A DNA stretch of 64,000 nt from Pelagibacterales bacterium SAG-MED47 (GTDB lineage Bacteria > Pseudomonadota > Alphaproteobacteria > Pelagibacterales > Pelagibacteraceae). Below the pieces are notes generated by a model that saw only the letters and a program-made list of their open reading frames with translations, was not told where the DNA came from and did not search any database. The position numbers were made by a program, and so were the translations under genes. The stretch lies in NCBI GenBank assembly GCA_014653355.1, contig JACWEO010000001.1, positions 12,912 to 76,911 of the forward strand, in the 5' to 3' direction. Shown one piece after another: positions 17,849-27,213 of the stretch; the first letter of the stretch is position 1, and each line of letters starts with the position of its first letter.

Positions 17849-18264
17849 TATGAATTTTCTTTTTTGATTTTATCTTTGATATCTCCCATAATTTTATTGT
17901 CAATATACAATAAACCAGCAAGTCGTCTCATCAAACTTGTTTCATACATATCTGCTTCATTATTTGAGTAAATTATTTGCCATAAGGTTTCAATAATTTG
18001 AATCTTTTTTTTATTATCTATATTCTTAACTTCTTTTGTAAAATCTAAAATTTGATTAGAATTTTCCTCTATTTTATTAGCCTGATACAATAAATTGTCT
18101 ATATTTTCATTTGTAGCTCCAATTTTTAAAATTGCTTTTTTTATTATTTCTTCCTCTTTTTTTGTATAATTCTCATCAATTTTTGCCGCATGAATCAATA
18201 AAGCTGTAATTTTAATCAAATCATCATCAGGTTTATCAATCTTATCTTTTTTAAAAAATATCAT
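17848..18264 (-). CDS. TerB-family (tellurite resistance B-like) protein
   Basis: [34 protein letters not shown] pattern. Confidence 0.8.
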   Translation of the reverse strand: MIFFKKDKIDKPDDDLIKITALLIHAAKIDENYTKKEEEIIKKAILKIGATNENIDNLLYQANKIEENSNQILDFTKEVKNIDNKKKIQIIETLWQIIYSNNEADMYETSLMRRLAGLLYIDNKIMGDIKDKIKKENS

Positions 18265-18265
18265 A

Positions 18266-20746
18266 CTAATTTAAATTTAAATCTTTCAAAATACCAAACG
18301 GGTTTTCTTTTAAATTTTTTTTAATGAATTTTTTTTTATTTTTCATTTCTCGTTTATATTTGAAAAAAATTTCATTATTTTTTTCAATAATTATATAATT
18401 CATATTTTTTAAAAGATTTTTAAAGTTATCCTTACTACAACCTAATAAATTAAGCATTTCAGGTTTCATTTTTATTTCTTTATTTTTTTCAGGATTTGAA
18501 TTTATGATTTGAACAAATAACCTTTCTAAAATATCAATTCTTATAAAAAAATTTTCAAATTTTTCAAATCCACATAGAAGCATAAAACTTTTATTTTTAA
18601 TTTTGTTATCATTCAAAAAATTTAATCCAAAAGTTGGTGGTTTTAAATTGAAATATTTCTGATGATAATTTTTCCAAAGTAAGGTTCTAAATAAAACTGC
18701 TTCTGGTTTAATTAATTTAAATAAAAAAACATGATATCTTCCAAATTTTACTCCCAGATCTCTCAAAATTTTTCTTTCGTTTTGACCTAAATTTTTTAGG
18801 TAATCAGTGACATTCTCTCTTTTTAAAACTCCGTTATTTTCATAAAGTTGATATGATAAAGCTTTCACTGAGGAATTTTTTTCTTTTAAATTTTTTAAAT
18901 CAATTAGACTTTTGAGAATTGTGTCTATTTTATTCTTTAACCATATTTCTAAAAAATTAGTTAATTTTTGTCTTTGATTTGTGTCCAAAATATCGTCAAC
19001 TAATAATTCTAGATTAGGATTTAAGTAATCTCTTCCAGGTGTTATTCTACCTATTGATGATTTGTTCCAATAAATCTTAAAATCATCATGTAGCTCTATG
19101 GAACCTGAATCTATAATAGCTTGAACTCTTTTTTGAAGTTCTGGACCTATAGTTTGTCTAGCAGCCTTTTTAAGTGATTTTATATCAGTTTCCAGTGCAC
19201 CTTTTTTTAAATCTAATTCTAGTTTTAAACCATTAATTCTACCGATAAACTGTTCATCTATCATTACTTCGTTGTTCTTTAAAATTTTAGTATTAAATTC
19301 CATATCTTGTTTTAAACCTCTAGCTAGAACACTCGCTCTTTTATCAATAAATGTTTTAGAAAGTTCTTCATGAAGCCTATCTGAGAGTTTGTCTTCCAGT
19401 AATTTTGTCTTTTCTACCCAATAGTTTTGATTTTCTACCCAGTTATTTTTATTTGAAACATAAGACCAAGTCCTTACATTTGCAATTCTATTTGATAAAG
19501 AATCAACATTTCCCTCTAATTTATCTAATTTGATGAGTTTAAGGCGCATATAATCGTCTGTTATTTTGGCTTTATGGCTACTTAGATAGGTGAATACACT
19601 GCTTATTACTTCGTAGTGGTGACCATAGGTTTTTTTTACAAAATCTGGTATCTGACAGCATTCCCACAAAAGACTTAATTTTTCTCTATTTAATTCAATT
19701 TTTTCTAAATTTTTATCTCTTAAAAAATATTTTAAAGCTTTTTCATCAATACACTCGTGTATTTTTCTAAGCCAACTTCTACTTGGTTTTTCATCTAAAG
19801 ATTTAATTAGGACTGAAGAGTTATCAAAATTTAAATTTGAATTTCTCCAAAAAAGTGTTTTGATTTCTTCAAATTTATGATTTTCTAATAATTCAACTTC
19901 TTCATTATTTATCTCTTTGCATTGACCGGTAATTCCAAAGTTGCCATCATTAAGATATCTACCTGCACGACCAGCTATTTGTCCAATTTCTGATAAATTT
20001 AATTTTCTTAATTTTTTTCCATCGAATTTTTTAAGATTAGAGAAATAAACGTGATCTATATCCATATTAATTCCCATACCAATAGCGTCTGTGGCTACTA
20101 AAAAATCTACATCTCCAGATTGATATAAATTAACTTGGGCATTTCTAGTTTTTGGGCTTAAAGAACCCATAACTATGGCAGCCCCTCCCTTTTGTCTTCT
20201 AATTAACTCAGCAATGGCATAAACCTCTTCTGTAGAGAAAGCTATAATTGCTGTCTTTCTATTTATTCTTGAGATTTTTTTATGACCAGCATACGTGAGA
20301 TTGGACAGTCTATTTCTATTAACAAATTCAATGTCACCATCTAATTTAGAAATAATATTTTTAATTGTATAAGAACCCATAAACATAGTTAATTTTTCAC
20401 CTCTCATATTGAGTAATCGATCTGTAAAAATATGACCACGTTCATGATCTGCACACATTTGAATTTCATCAATAGCAACAAAATCTAGTTGCTTATCAAT
20501 AGGCATTGACTCAACAGTACATAAAAAATACTTTGCATTAGTTGGTATAATTTTTTCTTCACCCGTAATCAAAGCAACTTTGTCTAAACTAGTTTTTTTG
20601 ATTACTTTGTCGTAAACTTCTCTTGCAAGTAATCTTAATGGAAAACCAATCATTCCACTATCAAAAGACATCATGGTTTCTATAGCTAAATGAGTTTTTC
20701 CTGTATTTGTAGGACCCAAAACTGCAGTAATTTTGTTTTTAGTCAT
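18266..20746 (-). CDS. SF2 helicase, SUV3/MgpS-like
   Basis: LGPTNTGKT (Walker A), AIDEIQ, VATDAIGMGIN, QIAGRAGR. Confidence 0.88.
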   Translation of the reverse strand: MTKNKITAVLGPTNTGKTHLAIETMMSFDSGMIGFPLRLLAREVYDKVIKKTSLDKVALITGEEKIIPTNAKYFLCTVESMPIDKQLDFVAIDEIQMCADHERGHIFTDRLLNMRGEKLTMFMGSYTIKNIISKLDGDIEFVNRNRLSNLTYAGHKKISRINRKTAIIAFSTEEVYAIAELIRRQKGGAAIVMGSLSPKTRNAQVNLYQSGDVDFLVATDAIGMGINMDIDHVYFSNLKKFDGKKLRKLNLSEIGQIAGRAGRYLNDGNFGITGQCKEINNEEVELLENHKFEEIKTLFWRNSNLNFDNSSVLIKSLDEKPSRSWLRKIHECIDEKALKYFLRDKNLEKIELNREKLSLLWECCQIPDFVKKTYGHHYEVISSVFTYLSSHKAKITDDYMRLKLIKLDKLEGNVDSLSNRIANVRTWSYVSNKNNWVENQNYWVEKTKLLEDKLSDRLHEELSKTFIDKRASVLARGLKQDMEFNTKILKNNEVMIDEQFIGRINGLKLELDLKKGALETDIKSLKKAARQTIGPELQKRVQAIIDSGSIELHDDFKIYWNKSSIGRITPGRDYLNPNLELLVDDILDTNQRQKLTNFLEIWLKNKIDTILKSLIDLKNLKEKNSSVKALSYQLYENNGVLKRENVTDYLKNLGQNERKILRDLGVKFGRYHVFLFKLIKPEAVLFRTLLWKNYHQKYFNLKPPTFGLNFLNDNKIKNKSFMLLCGFEKFENFFIRIDILERLFVQIINSNPEKNKEIKMKPEMLNLLGCSKDNFKNLLKNMNYIIIEKNNEIFFKYKREMKNKKKFIKKNLKENPFGILKDLNLN

Positions 20747-20851
20747 TTTCTATCATTGGTATAATTTTTTTTTTACCTACTAGATGTAGTTAGTCTTAAA
20801 GAACAAAAATAGACTAAAACATGACCGAATCGGAGGATAAAAAGTTCTCAT

Positions 20852-21256
20852 TTAACTATTTATTTTTAAAATTTTCCAAACACCACTAGCTGAAGTAATA
20901 ATTTTATTATTACATCTTAACTCACAAAATAAAAAAACCAATGTGCTTGTTTTTTTTAAAATTTTTACATGACCAATAATTTCATCTCCGGCTTTAGATG
21001 ATCCAATAAATTTTAAGTCCAAAGAAATTGTTACACAAGGTGCATTATCTGTGGATCTATGAGCTGCAGTACCTGCACCAGCATCTACTAAGGCTGATAA
21101 ATATCCTCCATGAGTAATACCTGCAGCATTTAAATGGTTTTCATTTATTGTTGATTTAAATTCATATTCTGTTTCAGAAATATTTCTAAACATAACGCCA
21201 CCATTATGTTTCATAAAACCTTGTTTTAAACTAATTTGTTCAAATTTTTCAGACAT
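20852..21256 (-). CDS. PaaI-family hot-dog thioesterase
   Basis: HLNAAGITHGGYLSALVDAGAG motif. Confidence 0.88.
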   Translation of the reverse strand: MSEKFEQISLKQGFMKHNGGVMFRNISETEYEFKSTINENHLNAAGITHGGYLSALVDAGAGTAAHRSTDNAPCVTISLDLKFIGSSKAGDEIIGHVKILKKTSTLVFLFCELRCNNKIITSASGVWKILKINS

Positions 21257-21262
21257 ATTTTT

Positions 21263-21361
21263 TTATAGTATAAAAGTCAAAATTAATAAAATAATAAAAA
21301 TGATTATAAAAAAATAAATTACTGACACTTGAAGAGAAGTATTCATAAACCATTTTAACAT
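21263..21361 (-). CDS. Putative 32-aa single-pass membrane peptide (absent from the ORF track)
   Basis: MLKWFMNTSLQVSVIYFFIIIFIILLILTFIL*; SD GAGGA 6 nt upstream; fills the gap between tRNA-Arg and the PaaI gene (6 nt before its ATG). Confidence 0.55.
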   Translation of the reverse strand: MLKWFMNTSLQVSVIYFFIIIFIILLILTFIL

Positions 21362-21378
21362 ATTAATTCCTCATTTTA

Positions 21379-21455
21379 TGGTGCGCCTGCTAGGAGTCGA
21401 ACCCAGAACCTCCTGGTCCGTAGCCAAGCGCTCTATCCAGTTGAGCTACAGGCGC
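21379..21455 (-). tRNA. tRNA-Arg (ACG), CCA encoded
   Basis: Reverse complement GCGCCTG...CTTGG-CTACGGA-CCAGG...TTCGACT...CAGGCGC-ACCA; canonical 77-nt cloverleaf. Confidence 0.97.
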
Positions 21456-21525
21456 ATCTTTAATTTTATTTATTATAGTATATTATTTTTTAGTGTATTT
21501 TAATTATAAAACAATTTGAAATTAA

Positions 21526-22701
21526 ATGAGTAATAAAATTAAAGAAGTAGTTATTATTGAGGCAGTAAGAACACCAATCGGTACTTTTATGGGCTCACTA
21601 AGAGATTTAAGGCCAGATCAGCTTGGTTCAATAGTAATAAGTGAAGTGATAAAAAAATCTAGATTTCATAATGAGGAAATTGATGAAGTAATTATGGGTC
21701 AAGTATTAACTGCTGGATGTGGTCAAAATCCTGCAAGACAAGCTGCTATAAATTCTGGTATACCTGTTTCAAAACCAGCTTATTTAGTTAATCAGGTATG
21801 TGGATCTGGACTTAGAGCCGTTATTTCAGGCTATCAATCAATTAAATTAGGAGAATTAACAAATGTAATCTCTGGAGGACAGGAAAATATGTCTAGTGCG
21901 CCTCACTCAATTTTTTACAGACACGAAAAAAAAATCTTAAAAGAAAAATTACTAGATACAATGATTAGTGACGGATTGATTGATGCATTTAATAATTATC
22001 ACATGGGTGTAACAGCAGAAAATATTGCAAAAAAATTCAGTATAAATAGACAACAACAAGATGAGTTTGCATTCAATTCTCAAAAAAAAACAAAAATAGC
22101 TTTAAAAAGTAAAAGATTTAATTCAGAATTAATAACAATAAACAATAATAACAGTATTCTAGATAAAGATGAGCATCCTAGGTCAGAAATAAGACTAGCC
22201 GATTTACAAAAATTGAAAAGTGCTTTTAAAAAAAATGGAACTGTTACGCCAGGTAACTCTTCTGGTATTAATGATGGAGCTGCAGCACTTCTATTAACAA
22301 CTTTACATGAGGCAGAAAAAAGATCTATTGAACCTTTAGCTAAGATAGTATCTTGGGCTTCAGTTGGAGTTGATCCTTCATTAATGGGTTTAGGACCTAT
22401 TGAAGCTGTAAGGGAGGCAGTTAAAAAAGCAAAATGGGATTTGAATGAAGTTGATCTGTTTGAAATTAATGAAGCTTTTGCTGCTCAAAGTATTGCAGTT
22501 ATAAATCAACTAAATATAGATAAAGAAAAAGTAAATGTAAATGGGGGGGCTATAGCTTTAGGGCACCCTATTGGTGCATCTGGAGCAAGAATATTAGTTA
22601 CTCTTATTCATGAAATGAAAAAACAAAATAAAAAAAAAGGTTGTGCAACACTTTGCATTGGTGGTGGGATGGGTATAGCTTTATGTGTAGAGAAAGTTTA
22701 A
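21526..22701 (+). CDS. Acetyl-CoA acetyltransferase (thiolase)
   Basis: QNPARQA, NQVCGSG (active Cys), NEAFAAQ, GHPIGASG, CIGGGMG. Confidence 0.93.
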   Translation: MSNKIKEVVIIEAVRTPIGTFMGSLRDLRPDQLGSIVISEVIKKSRFHNEEIDEVIMGQVLTAGCGQNPARQAAINSGIPVSKPAYLVNQVCGSGLRAVISGYQSIKLGELTNVISGGQENMSSAPHSIFYRHEKKILKEKLLDTMISDGLIDAFNNYHMGVTAENIAKKFSINRQQQDEFAFNSQKKTKIALKSKRFNSELITINNNNSILDKDEHPRSEIRLADLQKLKSAFKKNGTVTPGNSSGINDGAAALLLTTLHEAEKRSIEPLAKIVSWASVGVDPSLMGLGPIEAVREAVKKAKWDLNEVDLFEINEAFAAQSIAVINQLNIDKEKVNVNGGAIALGHPIGASGARILVTLIHEMKKQNKKKGCATLCIGGGMGIALCVEKV

Positions 22702-22814
22702 GAGTTAATTTTCCCGTATTTCTTTTCTAACAAAATTTTTTGTATCCAAATTTTAGCATCTTTATAAGCACTAACTTTTGGTTGAATAAGAGTTTTAAAT
22801 AACTTTTTTAACAT
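22698..22814 (-). CDS. Putative 38-aa basic amphipathic small protein (absent from the ORF track)
   Basis: MLKKLFKTLIQPKVSAYKDAKIWIQKILLEKKYGKINS*; its stop shares a TTAA with the thiolase stop, like five other convergent gene pairs in the window. Confidence 0.55.
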   Translation of the reverse strand: MLKKLFKTLIQPKVSAYKDAKIWIQKILLEKKYGKINS

Positions 22815-22910
22815 TCTTACATGTTGAATTAAAAGAGTGTCAAAAAATTGTGCAGAATGTGTTAAATTTTACAATTTACAAGGTTTTTATGGTGTATAAG
22901 ACTTAAATAG

Positions 22911-25900
22911 ATGACAGAAAAACTATTAGTTCCTGATATTGGAGAGTTTCAAGATGTAGAGGTAATTGAACTTCTAGTAAAAGAGGGGCAAAAAATTAGT
23001 AAGAATGATCCAATAGTAACGATCGAAAGTGATAAATCGAGTGTTGAAATCCCTTCTACAATTGAAGGTACAATCGATAAAGTAGAGGTAAAGATTGGTG
23101 ATAAAGTTTCTAAAGGTGATCTTTTACTTTTAGTATCTAGTAAAGACAAACCTACATCTACAAAAGAAACAGTTCCTAAAAATACTGAAAATTTAATAAA
23201 AGAGGCAGAAATCTCATTGAAAAAAAAACAGAGAGAAGCGGTAAAAGTTGAGGAAAAAAAATCAGAAATAACTCAAGTTGTAAACAAAGTTGACATCGAT
23301 CCACTCGAAACTAATGAATGGATAGAGTCCCTTTCAGCAGTAATAGAAAAAGATGGAAATCAAAGAGCACATTATTTAATTAAAGAATTAATAAACAAAG
23401 CATATAAAGAGGGAGCAAATATTCCTTATACTCAAAATACTCCCTACATAAATACCATCCCATTTAGTGAAGAAAAAAAATCTAATGGAGATCAAAATGT
23501 AGAAAGAAGAATTAGATCATTAATTAGATGGAATGCCGCCGCAATGGTGGTAAGAGCAAATAAAAAATTTCCTGAGTTAGGAGGTCATATAGGAACTTTT
23601 GCCTCTGCAGCCACTCTATATGATATAGGTATGAACCATTTTTGGAGAGCTAAAAATAATAAATTTGGTGGTGATCTTATCTATTTTCAGGGACATAGTG
23701 CGCCTGGCATGTATGCTAGAGCCTTTTTAGAGGGAAGGCTAAATGAAAAACAATTAGATAGTTTTAGACAAGAGGTTAATCCTGGTGGTCTATCTTCTTA
23801 TCCTCATCCTTGGTTAATGCCAAACTTTTGGCAATTTCCAACAGTCTCTATGGGTTTAGGTTCAATGTTAGCAATTTATCAAGCTAGATATATGAAATAT
23901 TTAATTAATAGAGGATTAATTAAAGATGAAGGAAGAAAAGTTTGGGCATTTCTTGGAGATGGTGAAATGGATGAACCAGAATCTTTGGGTGCAATTGGTT
24001 TAGCAGCTAGAGAAAAATTAGATAATCTAATCTTCGTTGTGAATTGTAATCTCCAAAGACTTGACGGACCAGTTAGAGGAAATGGTAAAATAATTCAGGA
24101 GTTAGAGGGTATTTTTAGAGGGGCTGGATGGAATGTTATCAAAGTAATCTGGGGCTCTTATTGGGATCCTTTATTGGCTAATGATAAAACTGGCCATTTA
24201 ATTAAAACTATGAATGAAACTGTTGATGGTGAATATCAAGCAATGAAAGCAAGAGATGGGGCTTATGTTAGAGAAAAGTTTTTTGGCAAATATCCTGAAA
24301 CTAAAGAATTAGTTTCAAGCCTCTCAGATAAAGATATATGGAGATTAAATAGAGGGGGACATGATCCTCATAAAGTTTTTGCAGCTTATGATAAAGCCTC
24401 AAAAAATATTGGAAGCCCAACAGTTGTGATTGCCAAGACTATAAAGGGTTATGGAATGGGAAAAAGTGGTGAAAGTGTAAATACAACCCATCAAACTAAA
24501 AAGTTAGATATAGATGATTTGATGTATTACAGAGATAGGTTTGATGTTCCTCTAACTGATAAACAAGTGCAAAATATTGAATATTATAAGCCAGACGAAA
24601 ACTCACCTGAAATAAAATATATAAAAGAAAGAAGACTTCAATTGGGAGGATTTATCCCAGAGAGAACTACTTATGCAAAACCCATTAAAGCTCCTCCAAA
24701 AAATATTTTTGACAATATGAAAGAATCAACAGGTAAAAAAGAAATGTCTACCACGATGGCATTAGTAAGAATGCTTACTAATCTTCTGAGAGATAAAAAT
24801 GTTGCCTCAAGATTAGTTCCAATTATTCCTGATGAGGCGAGAACATTTGGTATGGAAGGTTTTTTTCAAAAAATTGGTATTTATGCTCATGAAGGACAAA
24901 AATATGAACCTGAGGATTCAGCACAATTAAGTTCATATCGAGAAGAAAAAAGTGGACAAGTTTTGGAGGAGGGAATTAATGAGGCAGGTGCCATGTCTTC
25001 ATGGATTGCTGCAGGTACTTCTTACACAAATCATGATATTGAAATGATCCCTATCTATCTTTTTTACTCAATGTTTGGTTTTCAGAGAATAGGTGACTTT
25101 GCTTGGGCAGGAGCAGACAGTCAATCAAGAGGATTTTTAATTGGTGCTACTGCTGGGAGAACAACACTAGCAGGAGAGGGTTTGCAGCATCAAGATGGAC
25201 ATAGTCATTTAATGGCATCAACAATTCCAAATTGTAAGTCTTATGATCCAACATTTCATTATGAATTAGCAACAATCTTTAGAGAAGGATTGAAAAGAAT
25301 GCATGAGAAGAAAGAAAATATTTTTTATTATATCACAACAATGAACGAAAATTACCCTCATCCTGCTATGCCAGCTGAAAAATCATGTGAAGAAGGCATT
25401 TTAAAAGGAATGTATAAAATCAAAGAATTTAACAAATATAAAAAAACTAAAATTCAATTTCTAGGATCAGGCACAATTTTAAGAGAAATGATAGCTGGTG
25501 CTGAAATCCTACAAAAAGAATATCAAATTGATAGTGAAGTTTGGAGTGTAACTAGTTTTAACGAATTAAGAAGAGATGGCTTAGAGGTTGAAAGATATAA
25601 TTTATTAAATCCTGAAAAAGAACCAAAAAAATCTTATGTTGAAAGCTGTTTAGGCGAAACTGAAGGTCCAATTTTAGCTGCATCAGATTATATGAGAATG
25701 AACTCAGACCAAATTAGACCTTATATTAACAAGAGCTTTTACTCGTTAGGAACAGATGGATTTGGTCGAAGTGATACAAGAAAAAATTTGAGGAAGTTTT
25801 TTGAGGTTGATAAAGAGCATGTTGTTACATATGGACTAAGTGTTTTAGCTAAAGAGCAATTAATTGCTTCTAAATATGCTCAAGAGGCAATAAAGAAATA

Positions 25901-25940
25901 TCAAATTGATAAAGATAAACCAATGCCTACAAAATTATAA
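22911..25940 (+). CDS. aceE: Pyruvate dehydrogenase E1, homodimeric type, with an N-terminal lipoyl domain
   Basis: Residues ~2-76 form a lipoyl domain (ESDKSS); then DIDPLETNEW, GGHIGTFASAA, YFQGHSAPG, GDGEMDE (ThDP), QHQDGH. Confidence 0.96.
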   Translation: MTEKLLVPDIGEFQDVEVIELLVKEGQKISKNDPIVTIESDKSSVEIPSTIEGTIDKVEVKIGDKVSKGDLLLLVSSKDKPTSTKETVPKNTENLIKEAEISLKKKQREAVKVEEKKSEITQVVNKVDIDPLETNEWIESLSAVIEKDGNQRAHYLIKELINKAYKEGANIPYTQNTPYINTIPFSEEKKSNGDQNVERRIRSLIRWNAAAMVVRANKKFPELGGHIGTFASAATLYDIGMNHFWRAKNNKFGGDLIYFQGHSAPGMYARAFLEGRLNEKQLDSFRQEVNPGGLSSYPHPWLMPNFWQFPTVSMGLGSMLAIYQARYMKYLINRGLIKDEGRKVWAFLGDGEMDEPESLGAIGLAAREKLDNLIFVVNCNLQRLDGPVRGNGKIIQELEGIFRGAGWNVIKVIWGSYWDPLLANDKTGHLIKTMNETVDGEYQAMKARDGAYVREKFFGKYPETKELVSSLSDKDIWRLNRGGHDPHKVFAAYDKASKNIGSPTVVIAKTIKGYGMGKSGESVNTTHQTKKLDIDDLMYYRDRFDVPLTDKQVQNIEYYKPDENSPEIKYIKERRLQLGGFIPERTTYAKPIKAPPKNIFDNMKESTGKKEMSTTMALVRMLTNLLRDKNVASRLVPIIPDEARTFGMEGFFQKIGIYAHEGQKYEPEDSAQLSSYREEKSGQVLEEGINEAGAMSSWIAAGTSYTNHDIEMIPIYLFYSMFGFQRIGDFAWAGADSQSRGFLIGATAGRTTLAGEGLQHQDGHSHLMASTIPNCKSYDPTFHYELATIFREGLKRMHEKKENIFYYITTMNENYPHPAMPAEKSCEEGILKGMYKIKEFNKYKKTKIQFLGSGTILREMIAGAEILQKEYQIDSEVWSVTSFNELRRDGLEVERYNLLNPEKEPKKSYVESCLGETEGPILAASDYMRMNSDQIRPYINKSFYSLGTDGFGRSDTRKNLRKFFEVDKEHVVTYGLSVLAKEQLIASKYAQEAIKKYQIDKDKPMPTKL

Positions 25941-27205
25941 TGTCAAAGAAAGATATAAAAGTTCCAAATATTGGTGAATTTAAAGATGTGGAAGTAATTG
26001 AAGTTTTAATTAAAAACGGTCAAAAAATAAAAAAGAACGACCCATTAATTACTATTGAAAGTGATAAATCAAGTGTGGAAATACCATCATCTGATGATGG
26101 AACTGTAATCTCTTTAAATGTTAAAATTGGAGACAAGGTATCAGAAGGTGATAAAATTATTGAAATTGAAAGTGAGAAAGAAACAAAAGAAACAAGTGCT
26201 CAGGAATTAACAAAAAATCAATCATCAAAAAAAATAAAAAAAAATGAAGTTAAAAAAGGTAATGCAACTGAAAATATAATAGTCAAAGATTTTTCTGCAA
26301 AAGCTTCAGCATCACCAAAAGTAAGAAAATTTGCGAGAGAACTTGGAGTAAATATTAATAAAGTTCCTGGTAGCGAAAGACAAGGTAGGGTTACTGAAAG
26401 TGATGTGAAGTTATTTGTTGCAACTAAATCTTATAAAAGTTTCAAAGATCAAACTACAACTAAGCAAAAGATTGAACTAGAATATTCTCATTCAGATTTC
26501 GGAGAAGTAGATATTAAAGATATCCCTAGAGTAAAAAAGTTATCATCTAAATATTTAATAAACTCCTGGACAAAAATTCCTCATGTAACCAATCATGATG
26601 AAGCTGATATAACCGAATTAGAGGAATTTAGAACTTCTCTTACGGACGTATATACTGGTGAGAAAAAAAAAATTACTCCATTAGCTTTTATTGTAAAAGC
26701 ATTAACAGCATCATTAAAAAAATTCCCAAATTTTAATACCTCAATCGATGAAATTGAAAACGGTAAAATGACTGTTAAAAGATATTATCATGTTGGCGTA
26801 GCAGTAGATACTCCGCATGGTTTGATGGTTCCTAAATTGAGAAATGCAGATAATAAAAATATTTCTTTAATAAGTACAGAATTGAAAAAAATAAGTCAGC
26901 AATGTAGAGATCTAAAAATTGATAAAAAAGATTTATTTGGAGGCTCTATGACTATAACAAGCCTAGGGGGGATAGGAGGATCTTTTTTTACTCCAATTAT
27001 AAATTATCCTGAGGTTGCAATTTTAGGAGTAGGTAAAGCAGAAAAAAAACAAGTATTTATAGATGGAAAATTTGTAAGTAGAACAATGTTACCTTTGTCT
27101 TTATCTTATGATCATAGAATTATTGATGGCGCGGAGGCAGCTCGATTCAACAATGAACTAAAAGAAAATTTAGGTAAAAACTTTGCCTATAAGTTAGCTG
27201 TTTAA
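25940..27205 (+). CDS. aceF: Dihydrolipoamide acetyltransferase E2 (one lipoyl domain)
   Basis: ESDKSS lipoyl motif, ASPKVRKFARELGV E3-binding domain, DHRIIDG catalytic motif. Confidence 0.96.
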   Translation: MSKKDIKVPNIGEFKDVEVIEVLIKNGQKIKKNDPLITIESDKSSVEIPSSDDGTVISLNVKIGDKVSEGDKIIEIESEKETKETSAQELTKNQSSKKIKKNEVKKGNATENIIVKDFSAKASASPKVRKFARELGVNINKVPGSERQGRVTESDVKLFVATKSYKSFKDQTTTKQKIELEYSHSDFGEVDIKDIPRVKKLSSKYLINSWTKIPHVTNHDEADITELEEFRTSLTDVYTGEKKKITPLAFIVKALTASLKKFPNFNTSIDEIENGKMTVKRYYHVGVAVDTPHGLMVPKLRNADNKNISLISTELKKISQQCRDLKIDKKDLFGGSMTITSLGGIGGSFFTPIINYPEVAILGVGKAEKKQVFIDGKFVSRTMLPLSLSYDHRIIDGAEAARFNNELKENLGKNFAYKLAV

Positions 27206-27213
27206 ATAAATTT

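Noticed and set aside
17848-18264. Tellurite resistance or anti-phage ter operon
   Set aside because: A single TerB-fold gene inside a core operon, with no other ter genes.
20801-20815. Alphaproteobacterial LexA box (GAAC-N7-GAAC) before the helicase
   Set aside because: The second half-site is GACT, two mismatches from consensus.
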